Shown: piece by piece, positions 62,251 to 64,000 of the stretch
Layout: every line of letters starts with the position of its first letter
Position numbering within the stretch: position 1 is the first letter of the stretch
Assembly (NCBI GenBank): GCA_012026655.1
Contig: JAAILG010001358.1
Location: 1-64,000 of the forward strand
Reading direction: 5' to 3'
From: Hydrolagus affinis
Lineage: Eukaryota
Length of the DNA: 64,000 nt
The notes under the pieces: generated by a model
Databases searched by the model: none
The model's input: the letters and a program-made list of their open reading frames with translations, nothing else
What the model was told of the DNA's origin: nothing
Made by a program: the position numbers and the translations under genes

Positions 62251-64000
62251 GTCTTTATGTCTTTCTTTATGTCTTTCTTACCACCTTCGTTGAATAATTG
62301 GTTAATGGGAGCAAAATTGTTACATGAACTGTTAGAAGGAGAATGTTTTGTTCAAACAGAACAGTGAATTTATTAACAATGCTGAATGGCGTATAATTGT
62401 GGTTAGAGGGAGATGCAATTGTTCCATTGCTCAGACTCTGCTGGACAGATACATTATAAATTTTCCATTACAATGTGCTCTAATGAAATCTCTATTTTGC
62501 CTTAAAACTGGTCTTTTCAGATAAATGTAAGGACATTCCTGGCAATTCATGGGCATTGAGTTTGCCTGTGCCGCATGTGGGAGAAATTGCTTTGGCACAT
62601 ATAGCAACCGAGTCTATTATTCCACGAGGGAAGATGAACAGCAGCGGTCTCTGCGCCTTTATTTGTGACAAAAAAAGAAACGTTTGCACAGGAAATTAAC
62701 GGAGATTGACAATCCTGTCATTATTGCAGGAGCAGAACCACTGATTTGTTATCAGACTCTGCATTTTCCTGCTTCATGCATTTAACTGGCTTTACATTTT
62801 TACAAATTATATTTACAGGAAAATTACAGCATTAGAGGCTCTGGCCAATCTTCTATAGTGAAACATGTCAAAGATAATCACCACAGGAGTAATTGTTTAT
62901 TGTGGTACACAGTATGCTGTATTTTAGCATTTAATATGAGGCTTCCAAGCATGTCAGTGTGCCCAGTAGCTAGTTTTAGTGTGACTAATTTCCATTCTGT
63001 ATTCTCCTAACCGCTTTTGTGAATTGTAGGGATGTTTTGTTAAACTTGCTTAATTGCAGTTTGTTGAATTAAAATGAAACAGATGAGGACAGAACACAGA
63101 GTAAAAAATTCTGTAAATATCAGGGCAGCTGGTTTTGGGCCACAGAATAAATAGGGCTCTTTTTGCTAATTGTTAATATGTCCTGATGTCCTGCACTGCA
63201 ATGACATCAGCGGATTCAAGTACCTTAGAAGAACGGATTTATAGAAGCAAAGATTTATATACAGTATTTGGGGGGAATTAAGTTTCCTATTTTATCACTG
63301 AGATAAACCCAAATGGGTATTTTAAGCCTCTCATAGCTACCGTTGAGGTTGCTTGCATTTTAGATTTTGCTCAATGAAGACTTTCCATGATCTGCCAGTC
63401 GTAATGAAACTCTGGTGCCTGCCAAAATTATCAAACAAAATGATCAAGAGGTATATCAACCATAATTGCTAATTACTTTTCTTTAATAATTGTGCAATTA
63501 GAAGATTAAATGTTCATGACAACAAGTTGTAGGATAAATTAGCTGCTCCCGGCCTTTTGAAGCAATGCATTAAGTGCTTCTAGTGCTTCCATTTCCATCA
63601 TACAAGCAAACCCAGCTCTATTCAGATTCCTCCTTGGAAATGAGTGATGAGTTGGGGCAGATGAGCCAACCAAACACCTTTCATGCTGAGAGCACTATTA
63701 CAAGACAATGGGCAGTCACTAGACCACAAATGAAAAGAGAGGAATTCCTGCTGCCGCTAAGTATAGCGACTTTGGAGATACATAATGGGGAAAATTCTTT
63801 TATAAGTGCACATTGTCAAAGTCACTAACCTTTGTAGTGAGAGGAATTTCCAGTCTTTAGGTAGGAGAATATCCTCATGTTGCTTACTGCAGTGACACTG
63901 GCAATTCTGTCACTCTTAAAGCATATTGTCTATCTAACACCTGATCTCCAGAACAGCCATGGGAAGCGCTATTTTGCGACTCCTATTTGCAATCTTCAGC

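Noticed and set aside
10300-64000. The many 60-145 aa ORFs in the six-frame track
   Set aside because: None resembles a known cellular protein; many start at non-ATG codons, overlap SINE/LINE fragments or have low-complexity composition expected by chance

Overview
AT-rich vertebrate genomic DNA. The repeat content (abundant tRNA-headed Deu-type SINE with (ATT)n tail, L2 3' ends with (TTG)n tails, CR1 fragments, AmnSINE-like relics) points to a cartilaginous fish, probably a chimaera such as elephant shark; this is inferred, not proven. The first ~10 kb holds eight coding exons (probably exons 2-9) of MBIP on the + strand. All have GT-AG boundaries and join in frame to 311 aa plus stop; exon 1 lies upstream of the window. 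The remaining ~54 kb has no recognisable protein-coding gene. It is a gene desert of retroposon fragments alternating with repeat-free blocks that may be conserved enhancers; in mammals MBIP neighbours NKX2-1 and is followed by a desert towards BRMS1L. The most unusual items are: a locally templated 74-bp insertion inside a SINE, flanked by an 11-bp duplication; a TTAA-flanked hairpin MITE with ~120-bp arms; a perfect 30-bp hairpin; a decayed non-LTR element that keeps endonuclease and CCHC remnants but no visible RT; a Tigger-like MITE retaining a PIP-box; an NLS-only microexon and duplicated Pumilio sites in MBIP; and candidate non-coding exons. The sequence alone does not demonstrate a new biological system. 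Family assignments come from recalled consensus features, and no database search was run.
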